NCBI RefSeq assembly: GCF_006345805.1
Contig: NC_043010.1
Coordinates: 66,774,001-66,838,000, forward strand
Reading direction: 5' to 3'
Origin: Octopus sinensis
Lineage: Eukaryota
DNA length: 64,000 nt
This document shows, in pieces, positions 1-13,627 of this stretch. Below the pieces are notes generated by a model, which saw only the letters and a list, made by a program, of their open reading frames with translations, was not told the DNA's origin and made no database searches. Position 1 is the stretch's first letter. Every line of letters begins with the position of its first letter. The position numbers were made by a program, and so were the translations under genes.

Positions 1-619
1 AAACTTCGGCTGGACATGGCCAGTTTAAACACTAAAGGGTTAAAATATAGCAAAGAAAGTGGAGAAAACCCAACAAGTCCACAAAGGCATAACAAAGAGT
101 GTGCGCTGGCCAGGGCAGCCCTTGAGTTTGCCCACCATCCACCAACAGCTTCAAAACTATACTTCACCATAAAAGCGCTACCCAGGAGAGCCTGTTCTTT
201 CACCTAGCTACACTGTCGCATGCCTCGAGTGTCACACTGCACCCATATGGATAATCATCCTGCATGCTAGAGTGTGCCAGCATGATACTCAGCTAAGAAA
301 GAAGTACGGCATATAACTGAAACGACAGATCTGTAGACCACTTCTGGTTGTTTAGCTGACTAACTGTGGATATCAGAACCTGACTGGAAAGGGACACAAC
401 TACAACAACAACAAACCATCCTGCTCTTATCTTGCAACAAGCAAATATATACATGATGATGATGGCCATCCACTCGTGACCGAGGAAGACCATTGCCAAC
501 CTTCAGGAACATTGTGCGCTCTAGGACTAACTTATATTTTGCATTTGCGGCTCCGTTGGTGGCTAATGAGCCCTGCTCTTGAATTGCAGACCAAGCTTTC
601 CCCATTCACTATATATGTA

Positions 620-788
620 GGTATGTACATATATGAATGTATATATGCATATATTTATATTATATATATAATTTACTATATATTATGTATATATATATTA
701 TTTACTATATATTATGTATATATATATTATGTGTATATATATATATTATTTACTATATACTATGTATATATATATATTATTTACTATA

Positions 789-825
<37 letters not shown>

Positions 826-1129
826 TACTGTATATTATGTTATATATATATATATTATTTACTGTATATTATGTATATATATATATATATATTATGTATA
901 TATATATATATTATTTACTATATATTATGTATATATATATATATATTATTTACTATATATTATGTATATATATATATTATTTACTATATATATATATTAT
1001 TTACTGTATATTATGTATATATATATATATTATTTACTATATATATATATATATTATTTACTGTATATTATGTATATATATATATATTATTTACTATATA
1101 TATATATATATTATTTACTGTATATTATG

Positions 1130-1164
<35 letters not shown>

Positions 1165-1165
1165 C
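620..1165. repeat. compound (TA)n minisatellite, unit about TATATATATTATTTACT(A/G)TATATTATG
   Basis: Directly visible. Confidence 0.95.
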
Positions 1166-2024
1166 ACACACAAGCTTCCATTCAGTTTCTGTCTACTAAA
1201 TTCCACTCAAAAGGTAATGTTCAACTCACAACACCTCCCTCAATTCCCCAAAGTACAGAACAGTGAGATGGAAACTGAAACCACATGACTGCAAAAGGAC
1301 CATCTTAACCACAAAACCATGAAGGTTAACAGACAGAATAGAACATGGATATAGTTTAGGCTCCCAACAGTTTAAGATAAAATTTTGCTGGGTTTCATAA
1401 AAATAAAGAGTAGTAACATACTGGACCCAATGGTATCAAGTCAATAAGCAAAAGCAGATACTGGGTTTTAATCCCATCAACAGGTTTGTGGTTCTTGTTT
1501 GAAACTATTTTACATTCAGACCAGCTGTACCTAGCCCAGATAACCTACTGGTTTTCTGTTCAAAGTGGCCAGATCCAGCCTCTCACACCTATTCAACAAC
1601 GTCATTCTAAAAACAAACAATCACATCATTGAAATCTCAAAGCTATGATATGGGTTTTTTGACACTACTCTGTAAGGAGCAGAGGGCCAGTTTCCTGTTT
1701 TCTCTGTGTTTATATTCCTCCCCGGGACAAGACACTGATTACTCGTTTTTTGTCAGCTGAGTGGACTGGAGCAACATGAAATGGAAGTGTTTTGCTTAAG
1801 AATACAATGTACTGCCCAAACCTGGAATTGAAACCACAATCTTATGATCGTAAGCCCAACGCCCTAACCACTCAGCTATGTGTCTCCAGAATCTACGATA
1901 TACTGTATGATTAATTCCAAAAAATGTGAATGCTAATGAGTTAATGAATTTATCTAAACTGGGCTAACGAAGATACAAAGGGTGATTAAGGCAGAAAACC
2001 ATTCAACAAAGTTAATTAACATAC

Positions 2025-2101
2025 CTTCATTTTAGATGCCATAGATTTAAGAACTTCTTCTGCACTATCTTCACCGTCACTGGAACCAGCATCTTTTTCA
2101 T
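2025..2101 (-). CDS. RRP12: coding exon c31 ([25 protein letters not shown]); last exon visible
   Basis: 77 nt, phase 1-0, AG/GTATGT. Confidence 0.8.
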
Positions 2102-5100
2102 CTAGTAAATACAACGCGAGAAGAACAAAATTGAATGACATGGATATGTGTCTGTTTGTGTGTTGGAGGCTGGTATAACAGACAGTTCGGACGTCTACAA
2201 AGTAGATCCTTTGTAAATGTTATGGATGTTTCTGTTTCAAGGAATACCAGGAAGATGCTCTCTCACAAAGTCTCTAGTCATGTATAATCTGTGTCCGTGT
2301 TTTTTTTATTTTTCAACAATGTTAGGTGATTAAGGACTTCTTGACATCACACAATGGGCTTCCCACAGAGTATCTATCTACCAAATCCACTCACTGGGCA
2401 TTGGTTGGCCTGTGGCTGTAGTAGAAGACACATGACCAAGGTGCCATGCAGTGGGACTGAACTCACAGCCACATGATATATATATATAAATAAACATGTA
2501 CACACATACATACATCGTTTATATGTCTTGTATATAAAATATTTACAAGCCAAAGACAAATGTTATATATGATTATATACTCTTTTACTTGTTTCAGTCA
2601 TTTGACTGCGGCCATGCTGGAGCACCGCCTTTAGTCGAGCAAATCGACCACGGGACTTATTCGTTGTAAGCCCAGTACTTATTCTATCGGTCTCTTTTAC
2701 TGAACCGCTAAGTGACGGGGACAAACACACACACACACACAAACATATATACAACAGGCTTCTTTCAGTTTCCGTCTACCAAATCCACTCACAAGGCATT
2801 GGTCGGTCCGGGGCTATAGCAAAAGACACTTGGCCAAGATGCCACGCAGTGGGACTGAACCCGGAACCATGTGGTTGGTTAGCAAGCTACTTACCACACA
2901 GCCACTCCTGCGCCTATATATTTAGAAATCTTAACCACTTACATTACACACACACACAAACAGGGACACCAAATCCGAGTCCATTATAGATCCCACATAT
3001 CCATCGCAACTGTAACCTTACTCACCATCATCGTCTTCTTGATTAATGAGCAATCGGCCATCAGGGGCAAGGTCAAATTTGGATGACGACCGGCTTGTCT
3101 GTTGAGATTTCCCAGGTTTGGAGGGTTTGGTCGCTGTTAAAAAAAAAAAAAAGAAAAAAAAAGTCAGTTATTGGGGAAAAAGAAAGAAAAAAGCTAAAAC
3201 AAAAGAACATGAACATGGCCACCACCAGTTGATGCCGGAGTGTCTACTTTGTCAAACGTGCCTGTGTCTAAGTGGCTCTTATTGATGGGGGACATCAAGA
3301 TGCAAACGACAGATTTATAACAGCAATGAACTGTGACTGTGCTGGGTGCTACCTTGAGGAATTTTCAGCCGAATAAATCAACCTCAGTATTTATCAGTTT
3401 CTTTTGCCGAACCACTAAGTTACGACAATACAAAAACACATATGTATGTGTGCTTACACACACACACACACACAGAGACTATGGGCTTCTTTCAGTTTCC
3501 ACCTACCAAATTTACTCACAATGCTTTGATCGGCCTGAGGCTATAGTAGAAGACACTTGCCCAATGTGCCACGCAGCAGGAATGAGCTCAGAACCATGTG
3601 GTTGGGAAGCAAGTTTCTTACCACACAGCCACACCCCAAAGTAATTGTTTTTGACTTTGCTTCCTCATCAGATGAGGTAGATGATGAATGATGCTTTAGA
3701 TAGCACAGAAGAAAGGGATGCTTCAACTAGCTCTATCTGGAAAAAGAGCACCGATTTTTTTTTACCATTTATACATTCATTTGACAACAACACGGGAGTC
3801 CGTGGTGTATGCAAAGGTAAGTGAATATTTTACAGCTCTTTCCAATAATGAGATTATAAATATTCAGTTTTTGTGACGATTTAAAATGAAAATAAGTACA
3901 ACCCTTAAGAAAAAGGGACACTTTGCTCTTAGCCCATTTGTCACATGTGCTCATGCAACCCACTCGTTGTTTAAGGGTTGAAGGAGTGAAAGGGAGAAAC
4001 GAGATCATCATCATCGTTTAACGTCCGTTTTCCATGCTAGCACGGAATGGACGGTTCAACTGGGGTCTGGGAAGCCAGGAGGTTGCACCAGGCTCCAATC
4101 TGATCTGGCAGTGTTTCTACAGCCGGATGCCATTCCTAACGCCAACCACTCCATGAGTGTAGTAGGTGCATTTTACGCACCACCGGCACAGGGGCCAGGG
4201 GAGGCTGGCAGCGGTTACGATCGGTTGGTACTTTTTATGTGCCACAGGCACAGGAGCCAGCCAAGGCGGCACTGGCATCGGCCACGTTCGGATGGTGATT
4301 TTTACGTGCCACCAGCACAATTGCCATGGGAGGCTGGCAGATGAAACCATAAAACCACAACATACTGCTTATGCTTCTTGCAGCACTGACGTCCATGAAA
4401 TCCGTTATGTTATCGTCAGTGTTCTCCTTCAGCCATGCCGCACCAGATGCCGTCGTCGTCTCCTCTTTAGATTTGTCACCTTTCTTTTTCTTTTTCTTCT
4501 TCTTCTTCTTGCTACTGTTGTCATCGTCCTCTTCATTGTCGGAGTCAAAAGCGGTCAGAATGTCTTCGATGCTGAAAGAGATAAATGATAACAACAGATG
4601 TAACACATGAGACGGTGGAGCCCTAGATACACTACTACAACTGAAAATGAGATAGCATGTTTTTTTTTGTTTTTGCTTTTATTTGGTGAGCTTGAAGGAA
4701 GGGACAGTGCCCATGATATGTGAAAGCTTTCCAAACCCATCAAGCTTGCGGCCATTAATGTTGTATTCAAACTAATGCAAGTCAAAACCTGCAAGAAAGA
4801 CTTGAGCAAAGATGAAATTCCAGAGGAGCCAAAGCCCTGGGGAGGAAAGACATCATCATCGTTTAACGTCCGCTTTCCACGCTAGCATGGGTTGGACAAT
4901 TTGACTGAGGACTGGCGAACCAGGAGGCTGCACCAGGCTTCAATCTTGATCTGGCAGAGTTTCTACAGCTGGATGCCCTTCCTTTTCTACAGCTGGATGC
5001 CCTTCCTAACGTCAACCACTCTGAGAGTGTAGTGAATGCTTTTACGTGCCAGTAAGGCGATGCTGGTAACGATCACGCTCAAATGGTGTCTTTTACATGC

Positions 5101-5917
5101 CACTGGCATGGAGGCCAGATAGCCACTCTGGCAACAATCGACAGACTAGTTATAGTTATTAGTGCAGGGCCGGAGGTGAGGGTATACGACAAGGGTGATT
5201 AGAGGTAGAGAGATGAGTGGGTTGGGAGTGCCTAAATGAAGGAGGTAGCCACGTATCTCTTCTTCAGCAAGACGCTTCTAACATCTAATATACTCTAATC
5301 TTACATCACTTGACACAAAGCCACCTCCTTCAATATTGCAATCCCATGCAGTTGAAGGGGTTTGTCTGGCAAGTTACTTGAGAAAAGCACCCAGTTCACT
5401 CTGTAAAGTGGTTGGCATTAGGAAGGGTGTCCAGCCATAGAAACCACGCCAAAGCAGACATTGGAGCTCAAACATAGTTTTCTTATTTCTTTATTGCCTA
5501 CAAGGGGCTAAACATAGAGGGGACAAACAAAGGGATTAAGTCGATTACATCGACCCCAGTGCGTAACTGGTACTTAATTTATCGACCCCGAAAGGATGAA
5601 AGGCAGAGTCGACCTTGACAGAATTTGAACTCAGAACCTAACAGCAGATGAAATACTGTTAAGCATTTCGCCCGGCGTGCAAACGTTTCTGCCAGATCGC
5701 CACCCTTTCTATATTAAGAATTTTAATAAGCATCGTCATATTGGTGAAGTTTTGATCCCAGCTAGCAGTAACATTTATTCCACTGGCAGTCAGGCTTTCA
5801 AAATGATCCGCTAAAACCCTTCATTTCTCTCCTCAACAGTTTAACTCCATATTTTCTATCAACCTTACTATTCATTCCACCTTTACACAAACAGATATAA
5901 CTCCACTCAGACTACTA

Positions 5918-5974
<57 letters not shown>

Positions 5975-6189
5975 CACACACAAATTATATATATATATCT
6001 CCATAGCTCTCCTGTGTGACCCTTCTGTCCGGCATTCACCATAATAGATTGTTAGCCACTACACGTTCCGTATTTTCTCTCCTTGTTTCTTTCTGTGGAA
6101 GAGCGTAGGCTCGAAACGTAAAAGGCTTTTTCACTTCCCGAGCGTTATACTACACCATGTCTTCGCCTTGTTTTTTCGTGAATTCTCCC

Positions 6190-6246
<57 letters not shown>

Positions 6247-9200
6247 CATACATACATATATATATACATACATACATACATACACAGTCAATTCAAATAA
6301 ACAAATAGTTTAAATAAATAAAAAAAAACCGAATGTGAGGACATGCACAAGAAGAGAAATAGCTTGACGCTTGGTGAAAGGAGAGTTTGCACACACACAC
6401 ACACACTCCAGCATACTCTAACCTGTCATCACCTGGCACAAAAGTCATAAGAATGTTACTATCAAACACATTTGACCCCATCCCTCTATACAAACACCCT
6501 CGCTCCAATCCCAATTCCACAAAACGAAACCCTGCCATGCCTACCTCTGAGCTGGAGCAGCCACGTCTTTCTCTTCTGTCTTATCATCCTCCACCTCGCC
6601 ACTCTGTTCTTTCTTCTTCTTCTTGTTCTTCTTTAACTTCTGGATGTTTGTCAACACCTTCCGGATACTGTCCGATGAAAGGTCGTAGATCGCCTTGTAC
6701 CTGGAATGAAATCATAAGCTGTTGTAATTATCTGAACTCACTACCTCCAGCACTCTAGTCTCATCAACCAGCTGAATCAACTAATGAATCAATTAGACAA
6801 TTGTTTTTCGTTAATTATCTTGCAAAGGTGAGACCTTGTCCAAGCCTTTCGTATTCATGTGTTTTAAAACTAATAAAATTAGTTAAAAAAACAAAAAAGT
6901 CTGAAATGTTGTCACACAACCCAGAAACCATGAAGTAGAAAGTAGAATCTGTTGTTTTTTTTGTTCATTTAGGACAATGCTTCAAAAAGTGGAGCACAAA
7001 CTCCTCCAGCAAGGTATGGGTTACTTAAATGCTGAAGGGTTAACAATAAGGTAGCTCATATGGTTCATATACATCCACACATCCAAAGATAGATATAATG
7101 GTAAGAACTAAGGAATTTACCCGAATCTGCGGATCAGTTTTGTATAAACCATTTTTGTCTTGAAGCGGAAGTGTTGCTTGGCTCCATCTTTCATCACTAC
7201 CAAGGTGGACATCTACAGGAAACGAGAGAGAAAGATTGCTATAAAAATCATGTAAATAAAAATCACAGTAGGTTGTCTAAGTAGTCAAAACTGGAAGAAA
7301 TACCTATCTCTTTATTACCCACAAGGGACAAAACACAGAGGGGACAAACAAGGACAGACATAGGTATTAAGTCTATTACATCGATCCCAGTGTGTAACTG
7401 GTACTTAATTTATCGACCCCGAAAGGATGAAAGGCAAAGTCGACCTCGGCGGAATTTGAACTCAGAACGTAAAGAGAGATGAAATACTGCTAAGCATTTC
7501 ACCCGGTGTACTAATGTTTCTGCCAGCTTGCCGCCTCAAAACTAGAAGAAATACCACCAAGCACTTTTTCTGGCAAGCTAACAAATCTGCCGGCTTGCCA
7601 CCATAACAACAACAGCAATCAGCTTATGTACCCTGGATAAGCAAAACGAACAATCAAAGGAATTTTCAATTGCAGACAAGACACATAATTCAAAGCATCA
7701 CCTGTATCAAATCCATCGTTGCTCTGTAACAACTCCTGAAACACAACACAATTAACTTAATAACAAACACCTTAAAATCGACACAAAAAAAAAAAAGGCA
7801 GTAAAATCTCTCACTATTTTTTCCAGGTAAGGCCCCAGCTGCAAGTCAGAGAAACAGGTGAGTAACACCTGCAAATAGCTAAGTGTTGCCTTCACAATCT
7901 CGTGTGTCCTTGACATTAGCAGTACACAGCAATGCTCCACAAAGTTTTCTATGAGGTCTGGAGTCACATCATCTGAAAAGGTAATATTTACAGGTGTAAG
8001 TGTGCAATGTAAACTGACTGTGCAAGTGTGTGTGAGAAAGCAAGTGAACATGAGTATATATATGAAAATAAATACATGCTTGTATAAACCTTAGAGGGCA
8101 CTTGTATACACACACACACACACACACACTCACTCATCACAGGACTGGATTAATAATAATCTTTTCTATTAGAGGCACAAGGCCAGAAAGTTTGAGGGAG
8201 GGGTAAGTTGATTACATTGACTCCCACCCCCCAGTACTTAATGGGTACTTACTTCATCGACCCTGAAAGGATGAAAGGTGAAGCTGACCTCGGCAGAATT
8301 TGACCCCCAGAACATAAGGATGGACAAAATTCTGCAAAGCATTTTGCCTGGCATGTTTACAATTCTTCCAGCTCACTGCTTTTGGATTAATAATAATAAT
8401 AATCACAATCACCATCATCCTAGACTTAACATCTACTTATTCATGTTTGCATGGGTCAGATGGAATTTGTTGAGGCCGATTTTGTGTATAAGGAACTAAA
8501 TCCACACAGACACATATGTAATAAGTTGACAGAGACGTTTGCCAGTGTGGTACTGGAGACAGGCAGTCAGAACCTACAGAAGGATGATATGGTTGCAGTG
8601 ATGTGCATGGGGTTACATGTGGTGTCACATGGATGAATGGATGACCCATCTTACCACTGGAACATTCCAAACAGTCTTCACGACAGGAAGGAAAAAGCAG
8701 AATCGATGGCTTTCAGACAGCAGAAATTATCATACAGCTATGATAGAAACATTTATATCATGGCTATCATATCTTTACTCTGGACTACATTCTCCATCCA
8801 GTCCATGTCTTTCAGGATAGTTAAGTGTGATATGAAGGAGATCATGGCCATCATCATCATCATTGTCATCTTCATTCAATGTCCACTTCTCCATGCTTGC
8901 ATGGGTTGGATGAAAATTGCCGAACCAGATTTTCTACACCTGGATGTCCTTCTGGTCAGCAGCCCTCACCTGTTTTCCTGTCAGGTAGTATTTCCACATG
9001 ATCAAACATGTTTTGTTGGAAGACTGGAAATAAACGACCCCAGTTGCATGACAGTGTCACCCACCCACCCACTCACTCACGAACCATCATGTGACATAAG
9101 GACAAGAAGACAATAACACAAACACATGATGGGTCTCTTAGAGTTTTTGACTCCCAAAATCCACTCACAAGCGACTGCTATTTCTAGCAGGGTTGTCTTC

Positions 9201-9589
9201 AGGCTAAACATTAACAACAAGAACATACTATTTTACTCCCCCCCATTCTTGTCTCCTAGTACTTACCTTTGAAATCAAAAATGACGCAGGATAAGGACTG
9301 CAGGGAGGCACAGATAAAAACTGGAGTTCCACCGAGACCAGCAAATAATAGATGGAAATATTGTGTCAGGATGGCTGAAGATAGAGATTAAACCGATTAA
9401 AATTACCAAAGACAAATCAAGACAAATGAGAGTTCAAATGTATATAATTAATGAAGACAGACCCAAAAGTAATAGTGTTGAAACGTGGCTATCAACATCT
9501 CCCACCATGTTACTAAAGAAGTATGACATTCTTCAGAAGCATTCTGTAATCACTGTTTTGATACCCATTTTTCCATGCTTGTTGAGGCA

Positions 9590-9623
<34 letters not shown>

Positions 9624-12113
9624 GAGGCGCAATGGCCCAGTGGTTAGAGCAGTGGACTCGCGGTCATAGGATCGCGGTTTCGATTCCCAGACCGAGTGAG
9701 TGTTTATTGAGCGAAAACACCTAAAACTCCACGAGGCTCCGGCAGGGGATGGTGGTGAACCCTGCTGTACTATTTCACCACAACTTTCTCTCTGTTTCTG
9801 TTGTACCTGTATTTCAAGGGGCCGGCCTTATCACACTGAATCTCCTCGAGAACTACGTTAAGGGTACACGTGTCTGTGGGGTGCTCAGCCACTTGCACGT
9901 TAATTCCACGAGCAGGCTGTTCCATTGATCGTATCAGCTGGGACCCTCATCGTCATAACCGACGGAGTGCTCCTACTATATATATATATATATATAGTAG
10001 CAGTATTGCCCGGCGTTGCTCGGGTTTGTTTCCACCCTTTAGAATTGGAATTTTTGAAAAGTAAAAATTTTGCATTATGCAACTTATTTTCTTTAAGTGA
10101 ACATTTTTCTGGTTGAAATACACCGAAAAATGGCATTAGAGCAGTCAAAAAATTGTAAAAAAAATAGTGATTTTCATAGAAAAAAAAAAGCACCTTTTTG
10201 ATGTAAATAATTTTTGGTGTTAACATGGTACAATTTGAATTTTTTCTTCTACGGAAGGAAGAGCAAGCCTTCTTCTATCATACTCTCAATTTTGGTCAAC
10301 TTGTGCTGCAGGGTCTCGGAGGAGATAGTGTTAGTTGAAGGTTACCAAACCTGCCATACACAGACAACTTCAGCTTTATATATAGATATATATGTCTGGT
10401 AACAGGACTCTGCACCATGCCACACAAACAGGAGAAGCCAGTCATGGTTGTCAGACAATTCCTCCAACCTCCTTGATTATTGTGTGTGGGCACAGTTGAG
10501 TGAGAGACCAACAAAATCCCTTGTAACACCAAAGATGAACTGAAGGCAAGGATTATGGCAATATTGACCAACTTAAACAAGGAGACCGTCTAGAAGAGTT
10601 GCAGGAGATTCCAAAGTCATCTGGAGGCTGTGGTTGAAGCCAACGGCGATTTTATTGAATAAATTTACTCTTTAGTATTTCGAAATATTTTTATGTAATT
10701 TTGGTAAATATATCTGTTAAATTGAGATGTCAGTGATATTTTCATTTTTGCGTAATTTAGATGACAATTTGTTCACCGCACCCTGTATATAAATCACCAC
10801 ACAGCAGTAAAGCAGCACAGTAGTACTAAGGGTACAAACAGTACAGTCACTTACTTGATTGTTCAGCATCTTTATCAGCACATCGGATCATTGTAGAAGC
10901 CAATTCTGTCAAGAGAGTGTAAGCAGCACGCCTGGCTCGGGATCCCGTTTCACGTGTACAGAGAATGGCCTGCAGAAGACAAACAACGGTAGAGAAGAAT
11001 TAGAGAGCTATTAACCACCCTTTAGCATTCAGATTATTCTGTCAAATGTAATGCTTATTTAATTACGTTATTTGGAATTAATCATGCATTGTCTTGTAGC
11101 TTTGAGATTTCGATGAGGTAACTTAATATCTAAGAATGATATTGTAGGGTAGGTGTAAGAGGCCAGATGTGGCCAGTTTGAACATAAAATATGTAGAACA
11201 TTTGGGCCTTATATGGAAGGTTTAAATGCTAAAGAGTTAAACAGAATGGAGTGTCAATGGTGTAATGGTGCTGGCTACTGGACATAGATAACCACAAAGT
11301 GCATCCCTTGTTGAAGTGCAATGGCCTGAGTGCCTGGGCCTCTCATGCTGGACAGGTCAAAGAATAGAGGCCAGACTAATATGGATCACCTCTTCCCAGA
11401 AGTAAAAATGGGTTTGCATAGAGCTGACAGCTATCATCATTGTTTAACGTCTGTTTTCCATGCTGGCACAAGTTGGACGGTTTGACTGAGGTCTGGAAAG
11501 CCAGCAGCTGCACAGGGCTCCAATCTGATCTGGCAATGTTTCCACAGCTGGATGCCCTTCCTAACACCAACCACTCCAAAAGTGTAGTGGGTGCAATTTA
11601 CATGCCACCGGCATGGGAGCCAATCAAGCAGACCTGGCATTGACCACACTTAGATGATGCTTTTTACATGCCACCGGCATGGGAGCCAGACAGGGGGCAT
11701 TGGCCACAGCTAAGATTTTGGTTTTACTTGACTCAATAGGTCTTCTCAAGAATATCATATCACCTGATGCGTCAAGGGTACTTTATAATGGGCTGGACAT
11801 GCAACACTGACATCAGCCATGGCTGTGATCTCACATTAGTTGCAGGGCCTTCTAAATAACAGCACATCTCCAAAGGTTTTGGTCTCCTGTATATACTTAA
11901 GAAAAAATCAAAGCTATTGAAGCATCAATGAGAATTCAAAGCCAACAAGACCTGAGAGAGGAGGGTCTATCTACCCTGAGCCAAAGACTGGAGAAAAGTG
12001 GCCAATGGCTTATACTCCATAGGGAGTGAACAGCTTAAAGAAGTGGGACATAATCGTAGGTCACTACTATGTTCCATTTATTAAGCTACAGAATAGTGAT
12101 TGTATCACTGATG

Positions 12114-12195
<82 letters not shown>

Positions 12196-13426
12196 TATAA
12201 TAAATCACTGAATACAGCAGAACACACAAGGTAATACACATGGGTAAACAGTAACTCATCATGGTTTAATTCCATGCCATTCAAGGCTCCATTCAACTCC
12301 ATTATAGGAACCGAAGAATATGAAAACAAAATTCCTGCAGAAATAAAGGCTTTCAATGAACAAGGTGCAATATGGTGTCCAATCAAAAATAGTAATTTAT
12401 TTGATATGTCAATTTATCCGAAAGACTCACTGAGCAAATGTTTACTTACACAAATACCAATAAACGTAAGCAGTGCTCCACTGATAGTAGTTGATCACTA
12501 GTGATAGTGATACATGGCACATGTATGTGCAGATACATGTTTGTGTGTGTGTGTGATCATCATCATCCAACTTTTGTTTCCCATGCTGGCATGGGTGTTG
12601 TGTTAATAAATACAGCTGTGTATTACATATTTCTTTACTACCCACAAGGGGCTAAACACAGAGGGGACATAGGACACACAAAGGGATTAAGTCGATTACA
12701 TCGACCCCAGAGTGTAACTGGTACTTAATTTATCGCTCCCGAAAGGATGAAAGGCAAAGTCGACCTCGGCGGAATTTGAACTCAGAACGTAGCGGCAGGC
12801 GAAATACCGCTAAGCATTTTGCCCGGAGTGCTAACGCTTCTGCCAGCTCACCGCCTTAACCGCTGTATATTACAGCCACCTAATCCTACACATATATAAC
12901 ATCAGCATAGCACATGTAGAGGCCTAAAATATAGTCTTCCCACAACAGTCTACTTTATATGTGTGAGCATGTGTGTATTTATTTTACATTCAATTTGGTG
13001 AATATCATTGGGCCAAACAGTGGTCCTTTGAATTTCTGATGTCGAGTAATAAGGGATTATCTGTGAAACACGAGCAGAATAAATAGCAGAGAGGACATTA
13101 TTTGAATTCTTTTTTTTTGCCTTTCATACCTACGCACACATGCTATATCTCTCTCTCTCTCTGTCTATATAGCATTTACTCACTAAGACACAAAACTCTG
13201 GATATACAAAGACAAGTGTTTTTCTTACCTCAGGGATGATTGATTGGATAAAATCCATCTCACTTTTTTCCAACTTTTTCACCACATGGAGCAGACATCG
13301 CAAACGTGGCTGACGAAATGAAAAGTGAAAATATATATGATATGATATAATTACATAATGTGCATGTCTGTATACATGCATGTTTCTATGAAGTATATAT
13401 ATATGTGTATGTGTATATATATGTAT

Positions 13427-13473
<47 letters not shown>

Positions 13474-13578
13474 CTGGAAGTGAAATCCAACCACGTTTTG
13501 AAAGACACAACTATTTTTACAGACATCAAAAGACTAAGGCTGTCTGTTGTTATTGAAGGAGTAGCAGAACTGATTATC

Positions 13579-13627
<49 letters not shown>

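Noticed and set aside
1-620. Possible decayed non-LTR RT fragment or final RRP12 exons
   Set aside because: No YADD or other diagnostic motif, and no AGG.GIHR / DPYAY-type RRP12 C-terminal peptide found
476-1288. Three long I/Y-rich ORFs
   Set aside because: Artefacts of the (TA)n compound satellite
3655-3685. CTGATGA on the minus strand as a hammerhead core or C box
   Set aside because: No stem II plus GAAA and no suitably spaced D box
7702-7735. 34-nt AG..GT candidate exon ([11 protein letters not shown])
   Set aside because: c26 joins c27 in frame without it, it would frameshift, and the donor GTGATG is weak; only RNA-seq could rescue it as a poison exon
9621-9700. tRNA gene (and similar heads at 13895, 36940, 59050)
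   Set aside because: A/B boxes run into SINE bodies and no complete cloverleaf or acceptor stem is present
9935-9975. HDV-like P3/L3 motif GAC-CCTCATC-GTC at the SINE S3 3' end
   Set aside because: No matching P1 strand upstream and no P2' downstream
11370-11430. Possible HDV-like ribozyme in an RTE 5'-UTR-like repeat (related sequence near 14370 and 32520)
   Set aside because: Copies are too degenerate; P1 and P2 pairings could not be built
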